From the NCBI RefSeq assembly GCF_006345805.1, contig NW_021836385.1, positions 1 through 24,353 of the forward strand: a DNA stretch of 24,353 nucleotides. Direction: 5' to 3'. The stretch comes from Octopus sinensis (taxonomy: Eukaryota). The notes under the pieces were generated by a model. That model saw nothing but the letters and a program-made list of their open reading frames with translations, did no database searches and was not told the DNA's origin. The first letter of the stretch is position 1. Each line of letters begins with the position of its first letter. Made by a program: the position numbers and the translations under genes. This document shows positions 1 through 10,290 of this stretch, in pieces.

Positions 1-120
1 CGATGACGCCTCTGGTACCACTAATCTGGGATGACTTCAGCCCTTTCAAGCAAGAGCCTGAAGCGAGAGGTCAAAATAAAAAAAAAACATCTGACATATG
101 TACCTTCCTTTTCTTTTGTG

Positions 121-603
121 AACTTTTAACTTGTCTCAGCCATGGGACGGCGGCCAAGCTGGGCCACCACCATGAAAAGCTTAGTCAAACAAATCAACCA
201 AAGTACCAAGTCTTGTACTTATTCTATCCGTCTCTTTTACCGAACCGTTAAATTACGAACGTAAACAAACCAACAGAGTTTGTCAAGCAATGGAGGGGGC
301 ACACACGCCACCCCCATATATATATATATATACATACATATAGTGTGTGTATGTATGTATTTATGTATGTGTGTGTATTAGTATGTATGTCTGCGAGTAT
401 GTATGTATGTTTGTTTGTGTGTGTGTGTGAGTATGTATGTGACGGGTTCTTTTCCGTTTCCTTCTACTAAATTTAGTAACAAGGCCCTGGACGGCTCGGG
501 GCCATAGCAGAAGACCCCTGCCCAAAATACCGCGCAGTGGAACCGGACCCGAAGCCACGCTGTAGTAAAGCGAGTTCCTTAGCCACACTGTCCTACCTGC
601 GCC
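121..603 (-). mobile_element. SINE family A, diverged near-full-length copy with internal (TA)/(TATG)/(TG) microsatellite
   Basis: Colinear but diverged similarity to the younger copies at 3043-3451 and 11499-11904 (acttgtctcag..., acttattctatc..., gacggg...agaagac...cctgcgcc). Internal microsatellite at 316-440. Confidence 0.7.
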
Positions 604-745
604 GGCTATGATCATATTCCCTCATAAAGTTTATAGTAAATTACAAAGCAACACGTTTAAGAGTAAACAGGATGCAATGATTTAAATAGTAGCGTGATGC
701 AGGCAACTATCTTGTAGGGAGATACTGTATAACTTACACTGTATG

Positions 746-860
746 TAGCGGTCCGGCGGGAAGAAACCGATAGAATAAACAAGGCTTTAAAAAATTCTAA
801 CGTTTCGAGGCGGTGCTCTAGCATGGCCACAGCACAATGAGTGAAACAAATAAAAGATAA
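746..860 (+). mobile_element. SINE-A 3' fragment
   Basis: tagcggtccggc...accgatagaataa...ggcggtgctctagcatggccacag...gaaacaaataaaagataa matches the family A 3' end. Confidence 0.6.
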
Positions 861-1043
861 TCAAGCAAAAAAAGAAAAAAAAAAATTTGTGAGCCGAGCT
901 CAGCACCAAAGTTCGCAATGGGGTTTCAATTTTCGTTTGAATTTACTTGATTTTATTTTCTTCGTTGATTTTTACCCCCCGCCCAACATATCTTGGCAAC
1001 TTTATAAACGCAATGTCATGTATCGAGGAAGTATCAGAATTCT

Positions 1044-1461
1044 TATTTCTTTACTACCCACAAGGAGCTAAACATATAGAGGGGACAAACAAGGACAGAC
1101 AAATGGATAAAGTCGATTATATCGACTCCAGTGCGTAACTGGTACTTAATTTATCGAGCCCGAAAGGATGAAAGACAAAGTCGACCTCGGCGGAATTTGA
1201 ACTCAGAATGTAGCGGCAGACGAAATACCTATTTCTTTACTACCCACAAGGGGCTAAACACAGAAGGGACAAACAAGGACAGACAAACAAATTAAGTCGA
1301 TTATATCGACCCAGTGTGTAACTGGTACTTATTTAATCGACCCCGAAAGGATGAAAGGCAAAGTCCACCCCGGCGGAATTTGATCTCAGAACGTATCGGC
1401 AGACGAAGTACGGCTAAGCATTTCGCCCGGCGTGCCAACGATTCTGTCAGCTCGCCGCCTT
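1044..1461 (-). mobile_element. SINE family B, head plus two tandem ~184-nt units, TSD-bounded
   Basis: tRNA-like head (sense ggcggcgagctgacagaatcgttggc; box-B-like gagatcaaattcc). The 10-bp direct repeat TCAGAATTCT lies at 1034-1043 and 1462-1471. Confidence 0.9.
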
Positions 1462-1584
1462 TCAGAATTCTAAGACCTTGTCAATATTGGTGTTATTGTC
1501 ATGGATTTTGATTTGACACAATGATCAAATCGTGCGCGGAGGTAATTACTTATTTGTGTGCAACCCACGTTTCTTTCCCAACTA

Positions 1585-1704
1585 AATTGTTCCGTGTTCA
1601 GTCCCACTGTGTGGTACCTTGGGTAAGTTTTTTCTTCTATAGCTTCAGATCAACCAAAGCCTTGTGAGTGGATTTTGTAGACAGAAACTGAAAGAAGCTC
1701 GTCG
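1585..1704 (+). mobile_element. SINE-A 5' fragment
   Basis: gttccgtgttcagtcccactgtgtggtaccttgggtaag...aagccttgtgagtggattttgtagacagaaactgaaagaagctcgtcg. Confidence 0.75.
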
Positions 1705-1725
1705 TGTATGTATATATATCTATCT

Positions 1726-2015
1726 ACCGACCAGGCTATCAGATGTTGCTACACATCGCTGGCCACAATGCGCTTCGCTGGTTTTAGCCTTCAAATGCCG
1801 CCACCCCGCTGGCTAAGCGAGCAGGCCAACAGAAGGAAGAGTGAAAGTTGTGGCGAAAGAGTACAGCAGGGATCGCCACCACCCCCTGCTGGAGACTCGT
1901 AGAGCTTTAGGTGTTTTCGCTCAATAAACACTCACAACGCTCGGTCTGGGAATCGAAACCGCGATCCTACAACCGCGAGTCCGCTGCCCTAAAACACTGG
2001 GCCATTGCACCTCCA
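1726..2015 (-). mobile_element. SINE family C, tail variant C1 (tRNA-Arg-like head)
   Basis: Sense head tggaggtgcaatggcccagtg...gcggactcgcgg...ggtttcgattccc shows box A, a TCG anticodon-like loop and box B. The first ~190 nt are shared with 14979-15363, but the 3' tail differs. Confidence 0.8.
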
Positions 2016-2016
2016 G

Positions 2017-2017
<1 letters not shown>

Positions 2018-2051
<34 letters not shown>

Positions 2052-2053
2052 TA

Positions 2054-2095
<42 letters not shown>

Positions 2096-2121
2096 TATAT
2101 ATATTATATATATATATATAA

Positions 2122-2180
<59 letters not shown>

Positions 2181-2230
2181 ATATATATTATTATTACTAT
2201 TATTTTTAGTTTTTATGTATATATATATAT
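2018..2230. repeat. Imperfect (TA)n microsatellite
   Basis: Directly visible. Confidence 0.95.
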
Positions 2231-2546
2231 AAGACGGAGGTGGAAATAGCACGGAAGTAAATCTAAGACATTTCAATTTAAAAAGGAATTTAATAAAATG
2301 GTTTTAAAAGTTATATAAAGAAAATATTACTGCTTTCAATGATGAATCTCATTTGATTAGATATCAGTAAAAATTTATAAAAATTTGAAGTAAAGACAGT
2401 TTATATTGTGTCTGAGGGTGAAAAACATGTCTGGAGAGGTTTCGTTGAAGTCTTGAATACAGTTTGGTATAGAGTTCAGGGTGTTAGAGAGAAAGAGACG
2501 GGGTGTGGTTGTCTATTGTCTAAAAGAAACTTTTGTGGGTCCCTGC

Positions 2547-2750
2547 GTGTGTGTGTGTCGTTCCCCACTACGACTTGACATTCGATGTTAGAGTGTTTAC
2601 GCCCCTTAACTTAGCAGTTCGGCAGAAGATATCGATAGAATAAGTAGCAGGCTTTTAAAAGACAATCATTGGGGTTGATTCATTCGACTAGAACAGTGAG
2701 GTCACAGTTCTAATGATTGAAACAAGTAAAAGATTAAAAAATAAAAGATA
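2547..2750 (+). mobile_element. SINE-A 3' half, diverged
   Basis: gtgtgtgtcgttcccc...cttgacattcgatg...gatagaataagtagc...ggggttgattcattcgactag...gaaacaagtaaaaga. Confidence 0.65.
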
Positions 2751-2814
2751 GCAACTAAGTGGATGAATTTGAAGCTGGGAAACGTAGGATCATGAGAAGC
2801 AATCATCTGTAATA

Positions 2815-2987
2815 AAGGGTTCAAATTTTGGCATTGCATCGACACCAGTATTTGACTGGTACATATTTTATCGTCCTTGAAAGGATGAAAGGTAAAGTCG
2901 ATATCGGCTGAATTTGAACTCAGAATGTAAAAGCGGAGGAAATGCCGCTAAGCATTTTGTCCGGCCTGCTAACGGTCCCGCCAGCTG
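2815..2987 (-). mobile_element. SINE-B monomer, diverged
   Basis: catcgacaccagtatttgactggtac...gaaaggatgaaaggtaaagtcga...atttgaactcagaatg...gctaagcattttgtccggc. Confidence 0.75.
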
Positions 2988-3042
2988 TTTCCATCACCAG
3001 TCCATGTGTCATCAATTCTTTTGAGTCAGGCACGACAAAGTA

Positions 3043-3451
3043 TACTCTTTACTCTTTTACTTGTTTCAGTCATTTGACTGCGGCCATGCTGGAGCACCGC
3101 CTTTAGTCGAGCAACTCGACCCCGTGACTTATTCTTTTTGTAAGCCCAGTACTTATTCTATCGGTCTCATTTTTGCCGAACCGCTAAGTGACGGGGACGT
3201 AAAAACACCAGCATCGGTTATCAAGCAATGCTAGGGGGACAAACACACTCACACAAACACACACACGCATATATATATATACATATATACGACGGGCTTC
3301 TTTCAGTTTCCGTCTACCAAATCCACTCACAAGGCATTGGTCGGTCCGGGGCTATAGCAGAAGACACTTGCCCAAGATGCCACGCAGTGGACTGAACCCG
3401 GAACCATGTGGTTGGTTAGCAAGCTACTTACCACACAGCCACTCCTACGCC
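3043..3451 (-). mobile_element. SINE-A, full-length young copy
   Basis: Sense head ggcgtaggagtggctgtgtggt (box A-like) ... gggttcagtccact (box B-like), then ccttgggcaagtgtctt, an internal TA/GT microsatellite and an (aaagagt)n tail. Confidence 0.9.
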
Positions 3452-3467
3452 TATATTGTTCTTTTTA

Positions 3468-3887
3468 GGCGAGCTGGCAGAGCTGGCAGAAACGTTAGCG
3501 CGCCGGGCGAAATGCTTAGCGGTATTTCGTCTGCGTTACGTTCTGAGTTCAAATTCCGCCGAGGTCGACTTTGCCTTTCATCCTTTCGGGGTCGATAAAT
3601 TAAATACCAGTTACGCACTGGGGTCGATGTAATCGACTTAATACCTATGTCTGTCCTTGTTTGTCCCCTCTGTGTTTAGCCCCTTGTGGGTAATAAAGAA
3701 ATAGGTATTTCGTCTGTCGTTACGTTCTGAGTTCAAATTCCGCCGAGGTCGACTTTGCCTTTCATCCTTTCGGGGTCGATAAATTAAGTACCAGTTACGC
3801 ACTGGGATCGATGTAATCGACTTTATCCGTTTGTCTGTCCTTGTTTGTCCCCTCTATGTCTAGCCCCTTGTGGGTAGTAAAGAAATA
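3468..3887 (+). mobile_element. SINE-B, head plus two tandem units, TSD-bounded
   Basis: Units start ggtatttcgt at 3521 and 3704. The 16-bp direct repeat TATATTGTTCTTTTTA lies at 3452-3467 and 3888-3903. Confidence 0.92.
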
Positions 3888-4122
3888 TATATTGTTCTTT
3901 TTAACCTGTTGACCATCCATTATCGTGTTGAATTAAAATCAAAGGTAAAAGTCAAGGCCGTGACTATAATGAAGAACTTATCAACCGAATTGTTACATAC
4001 CTTACGTATGTTTAATGTAGAAAGACTTTGTCTACTTCAATAGCAAATATTTATGACATTGAGATAAGGCTGTGCACCTTTTTTTTTTTACATTTGTAGC
4101 ATCAATTTAATGAGTATATATT

Positions 4123-4519
4123 CTTTTCTACTCAAGGCACAAGGCCCGAAATTTTTGGAGAGGGGGCCAGTCGATTAGCTCAACCCCAGTACGTAACTGG
4201 TACTTATTTAATCGACCCCGAAAGGATGAAAGGCAAAGTCAACCTCGGCGGAATTTGAACTCAGAACGTAAGGGCAGACGAAATACCTATTTCTTTACTA
4301 CCCACAAGGGGCTACACACAGAGGGGACAAACAGGGACAGACAAACGGATAAAGTCGATTATATCGACCCCAGTGTGTAACTGGTACTGAATTTATCGAC
4401 CCCGAAAGGATGAAAGGCAAAGTCGACCTCGGCGGAATTTGAGCTCAGAACGTATCGGCAGACGAAATACCGCTAAGCATTTCGCCCGGCGTGCTAACGT
4501 TTCTGCCAGCTCGATGCCT
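4123..4519 (-). mobile_element. SINE-B dimer whose last unit has the standard tail, TSD-bounded
   Basis: Same unit junction (sense aaagaaata|ggtatttcgtc). A 17-bp direct repeat with one mismatch: TTTAATGAGTATATATT at 4106-4122 and TTTAATGAGAATATATT at 4520-4536. Confidence 0.9.
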
Positions 4520-4621
4520 TTTAATGAGAATATATTGTTAATAAAGTCATTGAATTGAAGTTGGATGACTAAAGTGCAAAGATGAACCTCGTGAACCTGG
4601 AACTTATAAATGAACGAATTG

Positions 4622-5552
4622 ATTAGTTCGTCCGTCATTGACCACGATGATTAAGGACATCATGTGGGAGAAAGAAATGGGAATGGTGTGTATGGCTGTG
4701 GTCAGTCAGTCCGATGCATGCTCGGAAGGCTCTGCCTCAAGTCGGGCAGTGGTGGACTCCTGGCACTGAAGGTGACGCATTGGCTCTGGACTTGCGCAGA
4801 CCACATTACCTTCGTGCTCCTGCAATCTTTTTTTGTTCGTAGAAGGTGGCACCTCTGTTGGTGCAGCTCCACCAGGCAGGGCGTTTTTGCGCTTACGTTT
4901 CCCAGGTGTCGGATTTGATCTCAAAGCATTTGAACGTATCCTTGAAATGCCTTTTCCGTCCATCTTGTGTGTCCTTGCCTTCCACCAGTTCTCTGTAAAA
5001 CAGTCTTTTGGGGAGTCATATCTCAGGCATTTGAACCAGGTAGCCTGACCGCTTGACATCTGCTCTCCTCAGCCGTGTGTGGAAGATCAGCCCGCGAGAG
5101 GACCTCCGTGTCTGGGGCCTTGCCTTGCCACGTGATTTTTCAACAGCGTTCTCATGCAGTTCATGTGGAAACAGTTTAGATTTTTGGTGTGGTGTTCGTA
5201 AACCAGGTCTCGTAGGTGTACAGTAGAGTAGGCAGCTAACTGCTTGCTACACCTTCAACTTTGGGGCCAGCCCAATGCCCTTTTTTACCACACTGATTCA
5301 CACAGCCACTCGAATACTGAGCTTCCTTTGGCGATGCGTGTCGATTTCATTGTCAATGTTCAAAGACCCGGAAGAATGGGCTGCCGAGGTACGTGAATTT
5401 ATTAACAACCTTCAGGGTTTCCCCTTCGATAGTGACAGCTGGTTCCACATATTCTTCTGCAAGGCAGGTCGGTGCATGACCCCTGTCAACTGGGTACAGA
5501 CTGTGAGGTCAAGGTTGTTGCAAGCCGTGGAAAATCAGTAGAAAATTATTAG
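4622..5552 (-). mobile_element. 5'-truncated, degenerate RTE-clade LINE (end of RT domain plus C-terminal C2H2-like motif)
   Basis: Minus-strand translation across frameshifts and stops gives FSTACNNLDLTV..VMHRPA/EEYVEPAVTIEGETLKVVNKFTYLGS..IAKGSSVF..LLYTYETW..LPKRLFYREL..CPT*GRAFRACIGLTDHSHTH. The 3' end is gtggtcaatgacggacgaac. The 12-bp TSD ATGAACGAATTG lies at 4610-4621 and 5553-5564. Confidence 0.9.
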
Positions 5553-6299
5553 ATGAACGAATTGGAGCTGTTTTGACTAATATGTCTACCTTTAGTAGGG
5601 TGTTATTTAAAAGAAGATTTGACATCTATTTCTAGCATTTCGACTAACCGCTAGCAATTTAGCTTCCTATATTGCCTCGAAAATTGTTATTCGTTTACGA
5701 AACAAGGTTAATGTAGATTTATGATATTTATTCTATCCAGGAGCCATTTTTGTTGTAGGTGAACGAAAACAGCTTCGACCAAGGATCGAAACCCTACCGC
5801 GGATTTGATTCTTCTTTGGACGCTTGCTTCTTCCTCTTCATCTCAGCATCACAACGCTTCTATATTTTTTATTAACGTCATAGTTAACAGACATGTTATT
5901 GTATGCAAACTTAGACAATAGACAACAGAGGTTGTAACAGTTCAACATCGAACACGACTAGGGTGTGTATGTTTATATTTGTCTCTGGTCGTATGTATGT
6001 ATGTAAATGTTTAAACTAATATGTAACCGTGTGCACGACACACACGCGCGTGTGTGTGTCTGTCGATGCATGTATGAATGTGTCTATCTGTGAATGTATG
6101 TGTGTGTCTGTGCTACCAGTGCTTTGAGGTCGCTAGGAAGTGTTGTTGTAAAGTTGTCTTGGTCCTGATATTTTATATCTTAATGGATTTTCCCTGTCTC
6201 CATTGAAACTTTTTCTTGTAATGTGTCAATTCGTGTGGTATGTAACAACAAGAAACCGATCCTTAGGTTGTATATGATAATATGCCCTTATATGCTTAT

Positions 6300-6306
6300 A
6301 TGTATG

Positions 6307-6397
<91 letters not shown>

Positions 6398-6825
6398 TAT
6401 GTATATATATGCATTTGTATATGCGCATTCACCTAATAACGTATTTTAATGTAATCTGTTGTATAAAGATATCACAAATAATATCATCTTACATACGCAT
6501 ACACACCACGCACTCATATGCACACAATACATAAATGCATAATACATATACACATACGCATACATAGCCCACACTCACAAACATACGTATATAAAGATAT
6601 ATATATATTCTCTTATACATCTGTATATATACACAAATATATACAGACATAGATATATGCATATGGTGTATTATATATATATATGTATATCATATATATA
6701 TATATATTAGTAATATATATATGTATATATTAGACTATATATATGTAAACACATATATATTAGTGTATATATATATACATACAAACACACATACATATAT
6801 ATATTGACAAAATTAAAGATAAGGA

Positions 6826-6858
<33 letters not shown>

Positions 6859-7015
6859 GCATGTACATATATACATAAACATACACACACACTGATATAT
6901 ACTTACACTGACAGACACAACCACACACACATGCATAAATACACATCTGCAGACGTCCATATTTACATATCCCCATACACATGCGCGAATCTCAATGCCC
7001 ATGGCTGATATACAC
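6300..7015. repeat. (TA)n run followed by a compound CA/TA/TG low-complexity tract
   Basis: Directly visible. It explains the Y/I-rich pseudo-ORFs. Confidence 0.9.
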
Positions 7016-7156
7016 ACTTCCTTTTGCTAACCATTTCCGGTTGCTCCCGTGTTTCCACCATTTTTACCTAAAACTAAAAGTTTCTTGTCATAATCTATGC
7101 AGGAGAATGTAAGTAACATTGTAGTCGAATGTTAAGAACAGAATGGGAATGTGTGA

Positions 7157-7224
7157 AAGGAGGGAAGAGAGGGAGAGAGAGAGAGAGAAAGAGAGAGGGA
7201 GAGAGGGAGAGAGATAGAGGGAGA

Positions 7225-7278
<54 letters not shown>

Positions 7279-7620
7279 TAGAAATACAAGTCATTGAAAG
7301 AGCGAGGCTGAAAGACAATGATGCAGATTGAATGAAGGATAAACGGGTAAGAAGGTTGAGAGATGGATGGAGAGGTGGAGAGAGAGAGAGAGAGGAAAAG
7401 AGAGAGAGCAATGAAGGGAATATGAGAGGAAAAGAGATAGAGAGAGAAAGAGGGTCAAGGGAGGTAAATAGAGATTTAAGAAAGAGCGGGGGAGAGTGAG
7501 AAGGAAGAAGAAGAAGAAGAAGAAGAAGAAGAAGAAGAAGAAGAAGAAGAAGAAGAAGAAGAAGAAGAAGAAGAAGAAGAAGAAGAAGAAGAAGAAGAGA
7601 GATGGAGAGGGATGAGTGAA
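7157..7620. repeat. Purine-rich tract: (GA)n blocks and about 31 perfect GAA units (7504-7597)
   Basis: Directly visible. Confidence 0.95.
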
Positions 7621-7684
7621 TTTGGTAAAAATAGAGAGAAGGGGATTCAGAATGTGAGCCACTGAATGAGTCGAAATCAAAAGC

Positions 7685-7955
7685 GTGGTACTTATTTTAT
7701 CGATCTTAGTTGCCTGGCCGCAAAGTTACGAATGCGTCAATAAATTAACAGGTGGAAAAGAGACAAACGCAGGCACGCACACACACACATAAACACACAC
7801 ACACGCGACGGGCTTCCACACAACTTCCGTCCACCAAATTCACTCACAAGGCTTTGGTTGTCTCGGGGCTATAGCAGAAGACACCTACCTAAGGCGAACC
7901 TGAAACCAACGGTTTGCAAAGCGAGCGAGCTTCTTACCCCGTAGCAATGCCTGCC
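7685..7955 (-). mobile_element. SINE-A, old diverged copy (mostly 5' half)
   Basis: cgacgggcttccacacaacttccgtccaccaaattcactcacaaggctttgg...gctatagcagaagacac. Confidence 0.65.
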
Positions 7956-8107
7956 AACCAGCCGACCCTCTTATACTTTTACTCGGCCATTCTTCCAGCA
8001 CGACATCGGCAACTACAAAGGAATAGATGTTTCACTAATAATACCGAAACATGTTCGTTGTTGTCTCCCCTAGTTACCGAAACAGTGACAATATTCTAAC
8101 TAACTGG

Positions 8108-8228
8108 TTCTCCGTCGGTTGCGGCAATGCGTGTCCTAGTTGATCCGATAAACGGAACAACCTGCTCACGAAATTAACGCGCAAGTGGCTGAGCGCCCAC
8201 TGACACACGTACCCTTAACGTAGTTCTC
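8108..8228 (-). mobile_element. SINE-C2 3' tail fragment
   Basis: ctccgtcggttg...cctgctcacgaaattaacgcgcaagtggctgagcg...gtacccttaacgtagttctc matches 14989-15108. Confidence 0.7.
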
Positions 8229-8452
8229 TTTGTGTCTGTGTTTGTCACTCCAGTACCACTTGACAACCGAAGTTGGTTTGTTTATGTCTTCGTAACTTAG
8301 TGATTCCATGAAAAGGCCGATAGAATATGTATTAGACTTACAGACCAGAAAACAAAGGTACTGGATTCGGTTGGTTTGACGACAACTCTTCAAGGTGATG
8401 TCCCTGCATGGCTGCTGTCCAATGACTGAAACAAGCAGAAAATAAAAGAAAG
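8229..8452 (+). mobile_element. SINE-A 3' half, diverged
   Basis: tttgtgtctgtgtttgtc...cttgacaaccga...ccgatagaata...gcatggctgctgtccaatgactgaaacaag. Confidence 0.65.
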
Positions 8453-8854
8453 CTTATCCTCAGGTCGGTTGACTTTGGATCCAAATTATTTCAACCTTGG
8501 AATCTCATATTCTTTGAAGACATACCCACAACAACATTATGTTATGAGTGCTTTTTTTTTAAAAAAAAAGGAAATATTTTTGAGGGAGACTTAGCTCTTT
8601 TATTGATTGTTTTAATGAAGGTACAATAAGAGAAGGGAAAGGAAACGTCGACGTGTCATCCGGATGACACTTATTTGTTCGACTCCGCAGCCAGGAGAAG
8701 TAAAGTTGATGCTGGCCATTCTCAATTCGGAGTAATAGTCCCCTGATTTACTCGTCTCAAATTTACTGTTAAATCTTGCTACAATATTTTTTTCCGTCGT
8801 AGTTTTAGCTTTTCCCCGGAGATAAGTCGCAAACCCCAGTTTATTCAGTTGAAA

Positions 8855-9253
8855 TCTTTATATATAAAAGTGAGGTTGTGTGCTGTCTGTCTCCTACGAT
8901 TTAGATTCCTAACTACTCCCACATTTTGCGGTGCATTTTAACCAAAACCGGGTATCTTATAGTCGGGATTCATATCGAGCCCTTCTGGGTATTAGCACGC
9001 GTCTACGATGAGTCTACGATTAAAAAAAAAAAAATTACCATCAATTTTTCCCATTTTTAATGCATTTTTGGCATATATAAGGGAAGTAACTCTCTAAAAA
9101 TTTATTATTAAATCTCAGAACATAAAAAGCTACAGTAACATCCCCCCCTTTGTGGTTAGCCATATTGAGATGGCTATTATACTTTACATCTCTAAAAATG
9201 CTTATATAGTTATTTCCCTTACAAACCCGAGTAACGCCGGGCGATACTGCTAG
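8855..9253 (+). mobile_element. Non-autonomous Helitron (~400 bp)
   Basis: Canonical termini: A|TCTTTATATATAAAAG at the 5' end and CTAG|T at the 3' end. An imperfect GC hairpin (cccgagtaacgccggg, 9226-9241) sits about 9 nt before the CTAG. There is no TSD, as expected for Helitrons. Confidence 0.75.
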
Positions 9254-10146
9254 TCAAATATAAAACTGTCGAGAAAATATGGTAATTAATTTGTCAAACA
9301 ATTCGCCGAGTCTGGCAGGAAAAACGACCTCGTACTTTTGGTTTCTTTTAGTTTCTTTCACTCCTACATTTTTCTTTCAGCCCATTTCCTTCTTTCTTTC
9401 ATTTTTCTCTTCCCATTCCTTCCTTCACCTTCCTTCTCTCTAAATCTCTTTCAATGAATTAACATCTTAGCAATTCAGCAACCCCTTTGAATCGCTCTGG
9501 TTGTTATAAAAATCAATCAAACCATTTTCCCCTCTGTTGATTCTTTACAACCCACATTTCTAATACGATCCAAAAAGTGTTTTCTATTAAAAAATTCTAT
9601 TTTATTTTCCAAAACACTTCCTCTTATCTCGTCATTGATAATTTTTCTCTAATTTTAAGCCGTCTTTTCAAAGTTTCATTAAAAAACATACAAAGACCAA
9701 AATAATGTAGTGTTTTTGAGGTCAACTTCCGGTGCCTTTAGTGCTGAGAAAAACAAGTTTGAAGCTTCGTTATGATAAAAAAAAAAATTAATTCAATTCC
9801 AACATGACTAAAACACCAACAAAACAAAACCAACATTGTTATTGTGTTTTCATCTACAGACATTTGATATTAATTGATTTTTGTTACTGTTGTTGTTATT
9901 ATTCGTTCCACAATTTTTCATTTTGTTGCAATTAGAGAATTTGCCCTCCTTGGTCAGAGTAATCAAGTCTGTAAGGTACTCCGACTGGCCCTGGGTAGCT
10001 GCCTACAAGTTACCAACTTTTCTTTGTTGCTATTATTTCTGGCTTTTCGGTAAGTTTTTTTTTGTAAAAAAATGTTACGTAAATACAACTGTTTGGGATT
10101 TTCGCCTTGTCGCCATTGTCTTTGAACCCTTAAAGTAAATAAAAAA

Positions 10147-10206
10147 TTATTATCATTATTATCATTATTATTATTATCAATATCATTATTATTATTATTA
10201 TTATTA

Positions 10207-10290
<84 letters not shown>

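Noticed and set aside
2240-2525. Penelope-like terminal repeat with a hammerhead ribozyme (minus-strand tactgata...gaaagcagta)
   Set aside because: The core is too degenerate (no CTGANGA), and I see no recognisable GIY-YIG or RT frame.
3521-3887. CRISPR-like array or hammerhead retrozyme in the tandem SINE-B units
   Set aside because: There are no unique spacers. I found no CTGANGA..GAAA hammerhead core on either strand. Another ribozyme class cannot be excluded by eye.
4664-5541. ORF-track entries 4664-4918, 4706-5059, 4833-5048 and 5275-5541 as host proteins
   Set aside because: They are off-frame or antisense readings of the degenerate RTE. The true RTE frame is broken by stops and frameshifts.
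5740-5860. Minus-strand mini-ORF MKRKKQASKEESNPR as a first coding exon
   Set aside because: The donor (gtaggg) is weak, there is no acceptor or promoter evidence, and the peptide is not recognisable.
6223-7680. ORFs rich in YI, LS or poly-F (also the poly-Y/L/N/I/H ORFs at 10.1, 11.7-12.0, 20.2-21.2 and 22.0-22.9 kb)
   Set aside because: They are translations of microsatellites that lack stop codons in some frames, not genes.
9254-9860. Unclassified DNA transposon around the Helitron
   Set aside because: It looks repeat-like, but I could not find matching TIRs or a TSD, so it is not called.
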